Origin: Pristiophorus japonicus
Lineage: Eukaryota
Direction of reading: 5' to 3'
Length of the DNA stretch: 64,000 bases
Assembly (NCBI RefSeq): GCF_044704955.1
Contig: NC_092002.1
Coordinates: 3,224,001 to 3,288,000 of the forward strand
The stretch's first letter is position 1, and each line of letters begins with the position of its first letter. The notes under the pieces were generated by a model. It did no database searches, was not told the origin of the DNA, and saw only the letters and a program-made list of their open reading frames with translations. Positions 46,750 to 61,102 of the stretch are shown piece after piece. Both the position numbers and the translations under genes were made by a program.

Positions 46750-49700
46750 CTGCTCCCCCGGTTCAGCAGATCAATGCTCTACGAGCCTGGTTGCACCGAC
46801 CTCTTTTTTTTTAAAGCTCAGATGGTCTTGGGAGCGCCCGAGTGTACTACTTCTAGATCTGTCAGTAATTTTGTAGAAATAAGTTTGGATTTCTTGTTCT
46901 CCCCTCCCCCCATTAGAAAGCTTGTTCCTTTTTATAAAATCATGCATTGGTGTTTTAAAACAGAAATCATATTGAATAGAATGAAGGGCCTACCTTGCCC
47001 TTATGGCCATCTTAGATGCAGATATTGATGTCTGAAATATGCCTGGCTGCTTTCTGTCTTTCATGGATGGACCCTGACACAACATATCTGTGCTGGGCTT
47101 GTCAGTGTTCAGACCTGAGATTTTCTTGGTTTTACAAACACCCTTTCTGTAATCTGTCCTGTTGATAGAGTAAGGACTGAACAGACCATCTTGGAAGAAA
47201 AGCTCTTTGGGTTAAACATTTTTCTAAAAAAAAATTAAACTTCTTTACTGGCATGTTGTGTTTGTGCAGAGCAGTTTCTGCAGGATTTACGTTCTGGTCA
47301 CCCAGTAGGTTTTTTTTGTTGCTTATTTTGGTTCCTGTTATGGTTTTTGCAGATTAAAGGTTTGTTTTTAATATTAATCTGCTTTTTAATTTCATCAGCT
47401 TCATTAATACATTGCTGTCAGAATGGGAAGTTGCATTGCGTGGGGCTGGAGGGGGTCTTTGGGCCAATAAGAATTGATCAACTATAGAGATCGGAATGAT
47501 TTTTTTAATTGTTGGCAATGCATAAGGCCACTCAGCACCTGAATGCGAACATTACTGTTGTGGTTTCACGCATGAGATGCTGACTGACTGCTGAGTATGT
47601 CTGGCGTTTTCTGTTTTCAGACCTAGTTAATTGTGTGTTTTGCTGAAGTTGTGTAACTGGCTGGAATTCCCCCTTTCCCCACACGCGCGTTTGCACAAAG
47701 CTGAAATAATACTCCCCCAACAGTCAACGTCACATTTATTGAAACAATCCTGCATACTTTCAAAAAAAGCTTAACTCTACAGGGCCTTGTGCTTACAGCA
47801 TTGGTGGGTTTTCACCTAATTGTTCAAAAGATTTTTTTTCCACACAAACAAAACCCCAACTCGATGAAATTGCAACACTTCAGTGCTGCTGAATAACACT
47901 GCTTTGAGGAGGAATTGAGGTAATTGTATCAGAGAGGGCATCTCCGCTCCCTTGTATTACCAGCTTCTCCAACAGAAATGTAGAAACACACACGAGTGTG
48001 CAGTACTTGTACAAATTCTTTCTTATATACAAATGAAAACTGCACTTATCAGCAAAAAAAATGTTAAAAACTACATCCATTCTCACTGCAATTTTCTAGT
48101 AACCTATGAGCCACCTTTTGGATTTGTAGCTTAAGCAAAATATACAGCAATATACAAACACAAAATTAAGGGATACAACTGATGGGTAAAGCAAACCTGT
48201 TCCATTTTAGATCTTCCAGACTAGCTGAGTCTGAGTTTGGGTTTATTTAAAATAAATCTTTATTAGTTTGAGTGAATTTGTGAAGAAAACTGATTAGACC
48301 ACACTCCTCACCTCGCCTGTCAAACAAGAATGGTTATGTTTTTGATACTTTCCTGTGCCCAACTCAATGATTTCATTGTGCCGTTTAAAGAGCCCCCACA
48401 TTTTATTATAGACCATGTCTATAATCGAGTAAGCTCTGGTGCTGAATGCATTCCCAATCTCATGGATCAAAGCAAGACCTGGACTTTAGTCCGGTGTAGA
48501 CAATCCACACTGGCTGGCTGGAGGGTCTTAATTTACTGATAATGCTGCAACTGCACAACGTGTCCTGGCAACATGTGTAACGTTACCAGGTCCCAGAGGT
48601 ATACACCCCAACATTTATCCCGTCTCTCTACATGTGTAATTGCAGCGCGTACTGGTTTTATTTCAGCTTTTCAGTGTTTGCTTGGCTTCTTAAAGGTCCA
48701 ATTTAAATGCATTTTGGGGCAGATTGAGTCTTGTTCCTAGTGGATGGAAATTTTTAGCACAAAGCAATCTAAATGTGACATGAATTCTGCAGTCTCTCAG
48801 CCTGCATGGATGGGGGTGAGGAAACAGTAAGACATAATACTCGGTCGGAGATGCTCTTGTGAAGTTAAAATACTTGGGGGTTACTTTCAATCTAAAGTAC
48901 TTGCCCCCGCCCATAAATACACTTAAAAATAAATTCTCCTTCATGACCCCTTTCTGATAGATTTCTTACAGCGTAATGAAATTATAAACCAATTTATAAT
49001 CTTTGGGGTTTTTAATTTACTTACGCACCATACAGTAGCGATCTTCCCCAAATAACAAATTAATAATAAGGCAGGTTGGGCTTTGGCTGCATGTTGAGTC
49101 ATTCCCACTCCTAGATGCAGACCCAATTCTCGGGCACAAAGTTTGATGCCCTTTCAGGTCCAGCCATCTTAAAACACTTTAAAATAGTCTGCACGTCTAA
49201 ATCCTACCCAGAGACTTGGCATAAAGGCATCTCGGTGATTGTCTGCAGTTAAAAAGCCCCTGCTGCCCCTGCCTGAAGTGGCTGCGATATTGACCAGCCT
49301 CCCATTGACCCAGCTCCGCTTCCTGTATAAAACCCTTCAAACTTCCTGCAAAAATCTTCATCTTAAAACGCTATATAAAATGGTTTGCACGTCTGACTGC
49401 AGCAATTATCTTTTACATCACCACGAGCAAACTAAAAATATCACCAAAGTGTTAAAAATGCAAAGCTAGCCAATAAAATCAAGCAGTTTTCCGGGCAGGG
49501 CTACAATTGGAATGCTACAATTATCCTCAGCACCTGGAGAGGTAAGTATTGTCCATAATTGCTGCTCACTATCTAGTCACTCCTGCGTGCGTGGACAGCT
49601 GACTGTGTTGGAGCAGCAGTGTGGGTACAGCTTCCATCCCCAACGTGGCCGAGCAGGCAACCACCAAATGAAGCCCAGGCCCTGTTCTCACTGGGAGGTT

Positions 49701-50149
49701 TGCTCCTGAAACACTCGCGCACCTCCTCGCAACACTGGGCGCGAGCCTGGAACAGATTGTTTCCCAGCCCGTCCGCTTGGTTGCAGTTGGTGCGTGTGGC
49801 CCGGTAGAGACCGGGGAAGAGGAACAGGAAACGTACCCGCAGATTTGAAGGAGGGGAAAACAAAAGCTGCCCTGGGAAGCACTGGGCCAGAGTGGAAGAT
49901 CTTGGCTGTGCCCTCTGGCAAGGAGTTCACTCGAGGAGAGAAGGAAAGGTTTGAAGTTGAGTCACCTCAGGTTCCTCTCATAAATCAGCTGGTTACACGG
50001 GACACTGGCAGAAGCCTACCAACAGCTCACCTGCTTACCTTCTAGTGCAGATCTCAGCGCATTCAGGATGAAAATAACACAAAACCTTTTTATAACACAT
50101 AGTTACAGATAAGCTCGGGCAGTGCATAGGGTACTAGTCCCACACTCCT

Positions 50150-50450
50150 GATTGTTGGGCACCCGGTGCGGGCAGGTTGGAGGGCCTCCTCATGGGACTG
50201 CTCCTCGGCCTGGCCACGGTGGCCATTAACAGGTCCAGGCAGCGGGCGGTCGAGGGGTTTGTTCGGCCCGACTGCCCCTCTCTTCCGTGGCTATGTTCGC
50301 TGGAGGTGGAGGTGGAGCACGCTTGGGGCTTTCTGCGACCTGTGAGGACTGGATTGATTCATCACCTGCCCCATATAGAATTTTGATTTAATTTGTTAAA
50401 TTTCCTTTAAGTTTGTTTAAGTTACAGTTTTAATGGTTGTGCCCCTTTAA
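50150..50450 (+). mobile_element. Probable Tx1/L1-like LINE 3' relic
   Basis: LLMGLLLGLATVAINRSRQRAVEG resembles the C-terminus of fish Tx1-type ORF2, followed by a T-rich tail. Confidence 0.45.
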
Positions 50451-51256
50451 AAGGGAGCACCTACTTTGTATTTTATTGGTGAACTACCGAAATTAAACAA
50501 AAGGTTGCACATGGTAATAATTGGCTGTTTGTAAACTTCCAAAATTTAACCATTATCCTATATATTCTGTTTTAGAAGGGACTTTCATTTACCGTCTATT
50601 TTTCTCCCTGTTTTGGTTTGCTCCAGGTCCCTATTGCTTTGCTGACTTTGATCACTTATTTTAGTTTAAAATCCAGGGCCTTCCCCAGCTTCAACCTGTT
50701 CATGTGCTGGTTCATTGGGCGGCAATAGAACATGCTCCAATGATGAGTAAAATACAGTAGTTTTGTCCCAGGAATGTTATTTACCACGGTCATTATGGGG
50801 AGTGTTTTGCTGCCAACGTAGCCCCTCCGTGTCGGCAGTACAGGTATACGCTGGCAGGGTTAACATGGCATTACTGAACCTGTCTTTTTCTCTATCCCAC
50901 CAGTAAATCCTGTGCCTTACCCCAAGCACCTAGATCAGGACTGGTATTCATCTTGAAAACGGTATTCAATGTAAGATTTAAAATTAAATTGTCAGCATTT
51001 TTTTCTGCAGACTCCAGATTATTTTTTTGTGCATCATGCCTTTTAGACTGTACAAGATAACGTCATGGACGGCAATGCACCCCAGACAAACAAATCAAAA
51101 TACCTAGAACCAGAGATATTTACAGCTGAGAGGAGGTTATTTGGCCCAGAATGTCTGTGCCAACTCTTTGTACAACCCGAAACTCAGACTACTGCCCTGC
51201 TCTCTCCCCATAGCCTTGCATCTACCTCTGCTGATCATGCGATGCTGGGAAGCTCT

Positions 51257-51440
51257 TTATGGTGTGGTAATGTTCTGAAGATTGTTTGGGTTGAAGACCA
51301 GGACAGTCTCCCCTGGTTCCTCCTTTATTTCAACTTTTAAACGTATCCTGGATCGCTTCATCTCTGCCTGTCTTTCTTGCTCTTCCTGTTGCCTGTGGCA
51401 TTTCATGTGAGCATTTCGACTTTTCACCTTGTCAAACACT
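51257..51440 (-). CDS. ZNF541/TRERF1-family gene, last coding exon (completes the C-terminal C2H2 finger)
   Basis: tgtatttcag| is phase 2; encodes [24 protein letters not shown]...*. It joins the upstream exon to give [23 protein letters not shown]. Confidence 0.9.
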
Positions 51441-51724
51441 CTGAAATACACGTGTGCATAATAAGGATTAATATCTGTGATATGACGGGTTATTCTTCGT
51501 TTATAAGCCAGTTATTGTGGTTACTTGCCATCCAAAGTAACCAAAAAGCAACTCTGCCGATAACAGAAGTGGGCAGACCTCAGCGCGTTCAGGCAACTGC
51601 GACCCTGTAGATACAAGCACAGCTGTAGGAAGGCAGCTCAGGTCTGACACCACAAGGTTTCTTGTCACTGCAAGTTGCTGTTCTCGCAGCAATCCTCAAG
51701 TGGTCCTTTACAAAGAGAGGGGTT

Positions 51725-52370
51725 ATACAGGTCCAGCACGTGATCAGGAAGGCCCATGGAATCTCGGCCTTTATTGCAAAGGGGATGGAGTATAAAAGCA
51801 GGGAGGTCTTGCTACAGTTATACAGGGTATTGGTGAGGCCACACCTGGAGTACTGCGTGCAGTTTTGGTTTCCATATTTACGAAAGGATATACTTGCTTT
51901 GGAGGCAGTTCAGAGAAGGTTCACTCGGTTGATTCCGGGGATGAGGGGGTTGACTTATGAAGAAAGGTTGAGGAGGTTGGGCCTCTACTCATTGGAATTC
52001 AGAAGAATGAGAGGTGATTTTATTGAAACGTATAAGATTATGAGGGGGCTTGAAAAAGTGGATGCAGAGAGACTAGAACTAGGGGGCATGATCTTAGAAT
52101 AAGGGGCCGCTCATTTAAAACAGATAAGAAATTTCTTCTGAGGGTTGTAAATCTGTGGAATTCGCAGCCTCAGAGAGCTGTGGAAGCTGGGACATTGAAT
52201 AAATTTAAGACAGAAATAGACAGTTTCTTAAACAATAAGGGAATAAAAGGTTATGGGGAGTGGGCGGGGAAGTGGACCTGAATCCATGATCGGATCAGCC
52301 ATGATCTTATTGAATGGCGGAGCAGGCTCAAGGGGCTGTATGGCCTACTCGTATTTCTTATGTTCTTATA
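51725..52370 (+). mobile_element. CR1-like LINE 3' fragment
   Basis: LYRVLVRPHLEYCVQFW...EFRRMRGDFIETYKIM followed by 3' UTR. Confidence 0.9.
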
Positions 52371-52461
52371 CCCATACCCTGGTCTGCCCAGTTACTTTCC
52401 CATCATGGCGCTGCTCTTCATCATGTGCCTGGCAGGCAGTGGGTGAGCAAACCCAGTGGCA

Positions 52462-52840
52462 GCAACAACATCAACAACAACTTATATTTATATAGTGCCT
52501 TTAACATAGTGAACCGTCCCAAGGTGCTTCAGAGGAATATTCTGAGACAAAATATTTAACACTGAGCTGCATAAGGAAAAATTAGGGCAGATGACCAAAA
52601 GCTTGGTCAAAGGGGGAGGTTTTAAGGAGCGTCTTGAAGGAGGAAAGAGGTAGAGAGGCGGTGAGGTTTAAGGAGGGAGTTCTGGAGCTTGGGGCCCAGG
52701 CAACAGATGGTTGAGCGATTATAATCAGGGATGCTCAGGAGGGCAGAATTAGGAGTGCAGACATCTCGGGGGGGGGGGGGGCTGGAGGAGATTACAGAGA
52801 TAGGGAAGGGCGAGGCCACGGAGGGATTTGAAAAACAGGA
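52462..52840 (-). mobile_element. L2-like LINE 3' fragment
   Basis: Same family as 9142-9845 and 40130-40850. Confidence 0.8.
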
Positions 52841-54228
52841 TTCTGCTGCCATTGGAACAAGTTGAGTCCAACTGTTCACATTTCTAAATGCAGCCAATGG
52901 CAGAAGAATGTAAAAGCACTTGAGTCCTATCAAATCATATAATGAGGTGCTATAGCAAGGAACAGTTCTAATTTAATACATTAGCAGAAATACACTCAAC
53001 ACCTATTTCAAATGGTGTAATTTGCCAACATTTTACCACTAAAAAGTAGCTAAGCAGACAATGCAACTGCCTAACATTTAGTTTGCAAAATATTCTTGTT
53101 ATATAAGCATGCAATTGCATAATTTGTGTCAAAAAAGCCACTGCGTTGTAACCGCCCTATTCTCCATCATGCTCACCATGGCCACTGTATTTACCCTCTC
53201 TTCATAAACTCCAAACGCGTGTTAAGATATCTGAAATCAAGTAAATCTTGGCTGATGTGGCACCAATTGGGAAAGTTATAATTGGATGTAACTTTGGGGG
53301 GAAATGTCCAACGCAGTCTGAATGGTACAGGCCATCCTGAATGTATATAGCACCTCATCCTGAATCTCAGAAAAGTCTCAAAGTGCTTCACAAAGAATAA
53401 ATGACGGAACTATAGCGACTTGTTATGAAGGCAAATGCAGCAGCCACTTTGTGCACAGCAAGATGCCACAAACAGTAACACGATGAGCAACCAGTTAATT
53501 AGTTTTATCTTGCGATTGGTGGAGGGAAGGTCACTGAGGAATAGTGCCACAGGATCTTTCACCTCCCAACTGAACTGGCAGGTGGAGGCCCCGCTTAACC
53601 TTCCACATTAAATAGTATTTACGGCACAGAAACAGGTCCCAACTGGTCTGTGCCGATGGTTAAGCTCCACACGAGCCCCCTCGCCCATACTTCCTCTCGC
53701 CCTAGTCTGAGCTAGTACGCAGCAGGAGGCAGTAAAGGGAAAACAAACAGCTGTGGAAACAAATTCCACCATTTAATCATGTAAACTCATCCTAATTAGT
53801 CAAAGTGTTTTGAAGTTTGTTCTAATTGTTCGGTCATGTTGAGAAGTGCAATTCATGCTGTCAGGAGAGATAGTGGCCTAGACATTCCACACGGTGAGTT
53901 GCAGTGCTTTTATCTCAATGGAATATGAGTTTGTGCACACGAGAATTTTCTGGATCAGCTTAACAAGTGTAAAAGGGGATTAATTTGCAGCAGTGCATGG
54001 GAATTAGAGTGCAGCCTTTAAGAAGCCAGAGCGGGTTGAAAATCGCAACAGCTGGGACCTGGCCATTCTTCACTCCCCAAACATTAACGACTGTACGACT
54101 AACCCTTCACGATGCACTCTGCTTAAAGGGGATACTCGCTCGGCATTTTATAGTGTGGCTACGCATCTCCCCTAACAGCAATTACTAGCTTGCACAACCC
54201 AGATCCCACCGCTTACAGTGTGACCTAC

Positions 54229-54413
54229 TTTGTACATTCTTTACACGGGAAATTCCCCAGGGTGAATTTCTTCTGACTCTTGTCCTGGGCTCCCGTCTGA
54301 CAGTGAAGTGATGGAGAAGGGTTGGTCTTAGCCCGTGCGATTTTCTTCTTTGGCTTTTCCCGGTTCGCACTGGTCTGGGAAGCAACGCTCACATTCTGTG
54401 AGGCTAAGAACAA
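54229..54413 (-). CDS. ZNF541/TRERF1-family gene, penultimate coding exon
   Basis: ttcctccctcag| is phase 0; ends ...GNFPCKECT-AA|gtaggt in phase 2. An in-frame alternative acceptor exists at 54395. Confidence 0.82.
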
Positions 54414-54529
54414 CTGAGGGAGGAAATAAGTCGAAAGTATTTATCCACAAGTTTTTTTGATAAAACATTATGACCAATGATTACATTTGATAACACTGTT
54501 ACTAGAACTACTTTCTTACATAACAAGGA

Positions 54530-56755
54530 GGTCTTCCTGTGCTGAATGGTATATACTTTAATGCAAGGAGTATAGTGAATAAGGCAGATGAGCTAAGAGC
54601 ACAGGTAGACACTTGGGAGTATGACATTGTAGCCATTATAGAAACATAGCTGAAAGAGGAGCAGGTTTGGCAGATCAATATTCCTGGCTACAGGTTTTTA
54701 GACAAGATAGCGAGGGAGGTAAAAAGGGGGGGGGGGGAGTTGCGGTACTGATTAAATAAGGGATGATATGTTCGAGGGATCATCAAATAAGGCCATATGG
54801 GTCGAATTGAAAAATAAAAAAGGGGCGATCACACTGCTGGCCGTGTATTATAGACCCCCAAACAGTGGGAGGAAGATAGAGGAGCAAATATGTCGGCAAA
54901 TTGCTGTGAAGTCCAAAAACCATAGGGTAGTAATAGGGGATTTTAACTATCCAAATATTGATCGGAACAAATTTAGTGTGAAGGGTATAGAGGGTGCGGA
55001 ATTCTTGAACTACATTCAAGAAAACTTTTTTAGTCATTATGTAGCAAGCCCAACACGAGAGGGAGCGGTCTTGGATTTAGTTTTGGGGACCATGAGGATA
55101 ATCTTTGTGTACAGGCGGAACATGTTGGGAGGATTCTTAACGAATACTTTGCATCTGTTTTCACAAAGGAAAGGGACAATGCAGATACTGCTATCGAGGA
55201 GGAGTGTGATATTCTGGATGAAATAAATATAGTGAGAGGAAGTATTAAGGGGTCTAGCAGCTTTGAAAGTAGATAAGTCCCCAGGTCCGGATGAAGTGTA
55301 TCCCAGGTTGAGGAGCGAAGTAAAAGAGGAAATAGCAGAGGCCTTGACCATCATTTTCCAGTCCTCTTTGGATCTGGGCATGGTGCCAGAGGATTGGAGG
55401 ACTGCTAATGTAGTACCCTTGTTTAAGAAAGGAGAAAGGGATAGGCCAAGTAATTACAGGCCTGTCAGCCTAACCTCAGTGGTGGGAAAATTATTGGAAA
55501 AAATCCTGAAAGACAGGATAAATCTGCATTTGGAAAGGCAAGGATTAATTAGGGACAGTCGGCACGGATTTGTTAAGGGAAGATCGTGTTTGACTAACCT
55601 GATTGAATTTTTTGAGGAGGTAACCAAGAGGGTCGATGAGGGTAGTGCGTATGATGTTGTATATATGGACTTTAGCAAGGCTTTTGATAAGGTCCCACAT
55701 GGTAGACTGGTCATGAAGGTTAAAGCCCATGGGATCCAGGGCAAAGTGGCAAGTTGGATCCAAAATTGGCTTGGAGGTAGGAAGCAAAGCGTAATGATTG
55801 ATGGATGTTTTTGTGACTGTAAGGATGTTTCCAGTGGGGTTCCACAGGGCTCAGTACTGGGTCCCTTGCTTTTTATGATATATATCAACGATTTAGATTT
55901 GAATATAGGGAGTATGATTAAGAACTTTGCAGATGACACTAACATTAGCTGTGTGGTTGATAATGAAGAGGAAAGTCATGGGCTGCAGGAGGATATCAAT
56001 CTACTGGTCAGGTGGGCAGAGCAGTGGCAAATGGAATTTAATTCAAAGAAGTGTGAGGTACTGCACTTTGGGTGGGTTAATAAGGAAAGGGTATACACAT
56101 TAAGCGGTCGGTCACTTAATAGTATAGATGAACAAAGGGACTTTGGAGTGCTTGTCCACAGATCCCTGAAAGTAGCAGGCCAGGTGGATAAGGTGGTTAA
56201 GAAGGCATACGGAATGCTTGCCTTTAATGGCCGAGGCATAGAATAGAAGAGCAGGGAGGTTATGCTTAAATTGTATAATACTTTGGTTAGGCCACAGCTG
56301 GAGTACTGCGTGCAGTTCTGGTCTTCGTATTATAGGAAGGACGTGAATGCACTAGAGAGGGTGCAGAGGAGATTTACTAGGATGCTGCCTGGAATGGAGA
56401 ATCTTAGTTATGAGGACAGATTGGATAGGCTGGGTTTGTTCTCATTGGAACAGAGGAGGTTGAGAGGAGACCTCATTGAGGTGTACAAAATATTGAGGGG
56501 CCTGGACATAGTGGATAGTAAAGGTCTATTTCCATTGGTGGAGGGGTCAATAACGAGGGGGCATAGTTTTAAGGTGGGTGGTGGAAGGTTTAGAGGGGAT
56601 TTGAGGGGGGCTTCTTTACGCAGAGGGTTGTGGGGATCTCATTGCCTGAAAGAGTGGTGGATGCAGAAACCCTCACCACTTTTAAGAGATGGGCACTTAA
56701 AGTGCAGTAATCTGCAGGGTTACGGACCTAGAGCTGGTAATTGGGAGTAGACTGG
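54530..56755 (+). mobile_element. CR1-like LINE ORF2 (APE endonuclease + reverse transcriptase), internally deleted and disrupted
   Basis: NARSIVNK, YYRPPN, GDFNYP and LDLV (endonuclease); KSPGPD, YMDFSKAFDKVPH, PQGSVLGP and FADDT (RT). Stops and frameshifts are present. Confidence 0.95.
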
Positions 56756-56758
56756 ATG

Positions 56759-57850
56759 ACATAGAAACATAGAAATTAGGTGCAGGAGCAGACCATTCGG
56801 CCCTTAGAGCCTGCACCACTATTCAATAAGATCATGGCTGATTATTCAACCTCAGTATCCCTTTCCTGCTTTCTCTCCATACCACATGATCCCTTTGGCT
56901 GTAAGGGCCATATCTAACTCCCTTTTGAATATATCTAACAAACTGGCCTCAACAACTTTCTGCGGTAGAGAATTCCACAGGTTAACCATTCTCTGAGTGA
57001 AGAAGTTTCTCCTCATCTCGGTCCAAATGGCTTACCCCTTATCCTTAGATTGTGACCCCTGGTTCTGGAACTTCCCAGCAATGGGAACATTCTTCCTGCC
57101 TCTAACCTGTCCAATCCCATCAGAATTTTATGTTTCTATGAGATCCCCTCTCATTCTTCTAAACTCCATTGTTTACAAGCCCAGTTGATTCAGTCTCTCC
57201 TCATATGTCAGTCCTGCCATCCCGGGAATCAATCTGGTGAACCTTTGCTGTACTCCCTCAATAGCAAGAACATCCTTCCTCAGATTAGGAGGCTAAAACT
57301 GAACACAATATTCCAGGTGTGGCCTCACCAAGGCTCTCTATAACTGCAGTAAGACTTCCCTGCTCCTATACTCAAATCCTCTAGCTATGAAGGCCAACAT
57401 GCCATTTGCCTTCTTCACCGCCTGCTGTAACTGCATGCCAAACTTCAATGACTGATGTACTATGACAGCCAGGTCTCGTTGCAACTCCCCTTTTCCTAAT
57501 CTGTCACCATTCAGATAATATTCTGTCTTCCTGTTTTTGCTACCAAAGTGGATAACCTCACATTTATCCACATTATACAGTCACCCTGCAGCCTTTTAGC
57601 ATCCTCCTCACAGCTCACACAGCCACCCAGCTTAGCGTCATCTGCAAACTTGGAGATATTACATTCAATTCCTTCATCTAAATCATTGATGTATATTGTA
57701 AATAGCTAGGGTCCCAGCACTGAATTCTGCAGCACCCCACTGGTCACTGCCTGCCATTCTGAAAAGGACCCGTTTATTCCAACTCTCTGCTTCCTGTTTG
57801 CCAACCAGTTCTCTATCTACCTCAATACATTACCCCCAATACCATGACCT
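56759..57850 (-). mobile_element. CR1-like LINE 3' fragment, tail-to-tail with the preceding CR1
   Basis: CATAGAAA x2 tail; DKCEVIHFG..KKANGMLAFIARG. An older relative of the 34783-36760 subfamily. Confidence 0.9.
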
Positions 57851-58878
57851 TTTGTTGGATGCGCAGATATAATGGTAAGTACTGCAGGGAATAGAATACA
57901 GCCAAGGTGATCTCCTGGACTAGTGCCGATCACCTGGATGGGTCGGAGAGGAATTTTCCCAGATTTTTTTCTCCCTAAATTGGCTTGGGTTTTATTTGGT
58001 TTTTGCCTCTCCCAGGAGGTCATATGGTTCCGGTTGGGGTGGAGTGTAGAATGTTTCAGTATAAGGGGTGTCGCAGTTGTGTGAGGCAGACTGGTTGGGC
58101 TGGGTGCTCTTTGCCTTTCCGTCATTGTTCATAGGTTTGTATGTAATTTTTAGGACTGCTGACCAAGGGCCGGCGTGGACACGATGGGCCGAAATGGCCT
58201 TCTGCGCTGTAAACTTCTATGTTTCTATGAACATCGGACAGTACAGGACGCTGCAGTCGATCGAGTCAGTTCCAGAAACAATCACCTTTCAATCGCTTTC
58301 TCCCTCAATTATATCTCCAATTCTCTCATAATATTCTCACATTATTTGCCTCCACTGCCACTCTGGGTAACAGTCCCATTCACCACGCTCTGCATAAAGT
58401 GGATCAATCAAAACCATTTGTGCACCTTCCCTCTTCTAACAGACACTTGAACAGACTACAAGCACCCCGGGGTTAGCATTTCACTCCAGGGTCAGCAGCT
58501 GTGACAACATCCCTCCCTCTGTGTTTAGCAGCCCGTGGCTTTTACTCAATGGCTCCCTACAGAGGCATTGCTCTAATTTGATACTTGCATCTCATTGCTT
58601 CCCCGTGCTGTGCGACCCGTATTGCCATGGCCATTTTATAAAACCTCTAACTAATAAAAGAGCCAATCTGCAAATAGCAATAAACAGTAATTGCTCGAAA
58701 TGCGCAGCAGATCCATTCGCCTTTGCAGAGAAAAGATGGGGTAGCGTTTTGAGTACGACAATGTGCCTGCAATACCAAAACGCTGACAGACCTGCTGTGC
58801 ATTTCCAGCTGTTTCTTTATATAAAAGCAGTTTATATTCCCCTTCACTGGCCTGAATGTAAATAGCAGCATTTCTAAC

Positions 58879-59031
58879 CAGCTTTTTTATTTCTTTTCCA
58901 TCTCCGGGACTGTCTGCCTCACGTTTTATCTCCTCTTCCTCAAGCAAGTGTGTTCTTTTCCACTCAAATTTTAGCTGCTTCTTCCAAGTGTAGTAATATT
59001 CCACACACTGTGCCACAGTCTTGTGTTTTAT
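58879..59031 (-). CDS. ZNF541/TRERF1-family gene exon, C-terminal half of the SANT domain
   Basis: gttttacag|IKHKTVAQCVEYYYTWKKQLKFEWKR...KKL|gttaga, phase 0 to phase 0. Confidence 0.9.
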
Positions 59032-61102
59032 CTGTAAAACAGCAGGTCCCATGAATGCAATAGTCCTTTTCTCTTGTCAGGGCCGAGTTTGCGAGTGTGT
59101 GCTGCGAGTGGGGAGGTCTCGCCTGGGCAGCACACACAGGGCCCCTAGGGTTTCCCAATATGGCAGAGTGTGAGGTTCCCAATGGTCAGGGTCATTTGTA
59201 AAATCGGACCTGTAATCTATACCAAGGCCACCTCATAATATTCCATTTTTAAATCATTCATTTATTTAACTTTTAAAAAATTGTTTTGGAGTTGATCAGG
59301 TTGAGGGATGTTATTGCAGTCAGTGCAGCCACCCACTGGTGTTTAAGCTGGACAGTCTCAGCTCTGGCGGCTTCTCACTGCTCAAGTTTTAATAAAGGTA
59401 TTCTGTAATAGTATTTCAATGCCTACTGGCTAGTCTGTCCCAATCTCATCAAAAACTCCCAATCTTAAAACATTAGATATAGAATTAAGCTTCCCCTACA
59501 ACACCCTCCACCCCACCACTTTAAAACAGCAGCTTCTAATAGTTGTGTAGACATCAGCCCTCGCGATGGCCTCTTTGAGGAGAACACCGGTGTGTGCAGT
59601 GAGCTCACAGTTGCAGGAACTAGAGTGCGACAGCCCCTAACTCATTTCATTAACGCTCCTTCCAGCTAGCAGGAAGATGGCTGGATTGGAAGGATGTGAT
59701 AAAATAAACCGAAGGGCCTTCTTCAGCCAAGCCTATTTGTGCAGACACTTCCATTCCGTCAGTCTGGGCTGGATTTAAACCCGAGTTCCACAAATGTAAA
59801 GTCATTCTTTAGCCAGTCCTCTAAAGATTGTCTGCAGCCTCACTGAAATCCCACCAGCTGCAGTCATTTTCTCTTTTGTCACTAGGTGGTAGCAGCAAAC
59901 TGACTTATTACTGTGGAGCACTGCAAGGAATTCTAATAGTGACGATCCATCCTAAGTGCGTCATCAGAGCGGCATTGCCGGTGATTCCCCCCCCCCCCCC
60001 CCATGGTGAAATTCCACCAAAAAAATCTTGACCCCGCTGAGCGGTGCCAAAAGCTGCTTTTTCTGCCGGTGCAGTGAGGTTATAGACCTTGTACAATGGT
60101 GGTGCGGCTCCCATTAAAGGGGAGGACACACTGCCGCTATGTTTTTTTTTTGTCGACCGACTGCTACGTCGGGCTGACAGTTATGCCCCCGGGTTTGGCC
60201 GGGCCGCCAACAGGTAGCCTGGCACCCCCTCTTGGGTGCCAGGCTGCTGGCCCAGCCGAAACCCTCCCTGGTGGCCCAGTGGACAGAACTTTAAAAATCG
60301 CGCGGGCTCTCCGCTTTAAATGAAGGAGCCGAGGTGACATGGTGCCATGATGACGTCACCAGTGCTACGCTGATGACTGACAGCGGCAGACACTCTGCTC
60401 GCCCCCAACATCTGTTCCTCTAGACTCCGAACTTCCGTTTACCACCCTACTTCCACCTTCTGGCCCGCCGGGAAAAAAAGCCAAAGAGCGGAATTTCGCT
60501 CAAGAGACCATCGCATCAACCGCGCCGGTAAAATTAACAGTAACAGGGTAGGTGCGTCCCGTTTCCAGCGGTGGGCAATTTTGGCTCCGCTGTCTTAACT
60601 GCACCATCTTCCATTAAACTCTTGCAAACTCCATAGTGCTGTTGTAAATAGATCACACACTGCTAATAAAGTGCCAGTTTTGTAGTGCTGGCTGAAAAAT
60701 GTTTCAGGACCAGGGACTGAGTGATGCAGTCAATCAGAACAGGGCTCTTTCTCTTCTGCGACCTGAGTTTCCATCCTGTCCAGATCGATAGGGGGAAACT
60801 TTCCTCCCTGTTTACGAACTGTAAAGATTCTAAGTGAAATTACTTTGGACAGGACGCCAATATTCCGTACAAATTGAGATTAAGATGGCAGCGTAGCTCA
60901 GGAAACTAGAAGGCCGACAGCGTGGGGAATGACAATTAGGGGGGGGGGTTCTGTAACAGGCAGGTGATCCACCCCACCAGTTTACTGCCCAAGCAGTGAA
61001 GGGGAAATTACCCCCAAAAATGTTCATGTTATACATAGAATCAATTCTGGCCGAAGTTAACTGCCTTTTATACACTGGCGTTGCTATTTGATTATCTCTT
61101 AC

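Noticed and set aside
60000-60590. CpG-rich intronic segment with a CRE, as a possible promoter or MITE
   Set aside because: It probably belongs to a non-autonomous repeat, but I could not define convincing TIRs/TSDs or an exon, so it is not called.
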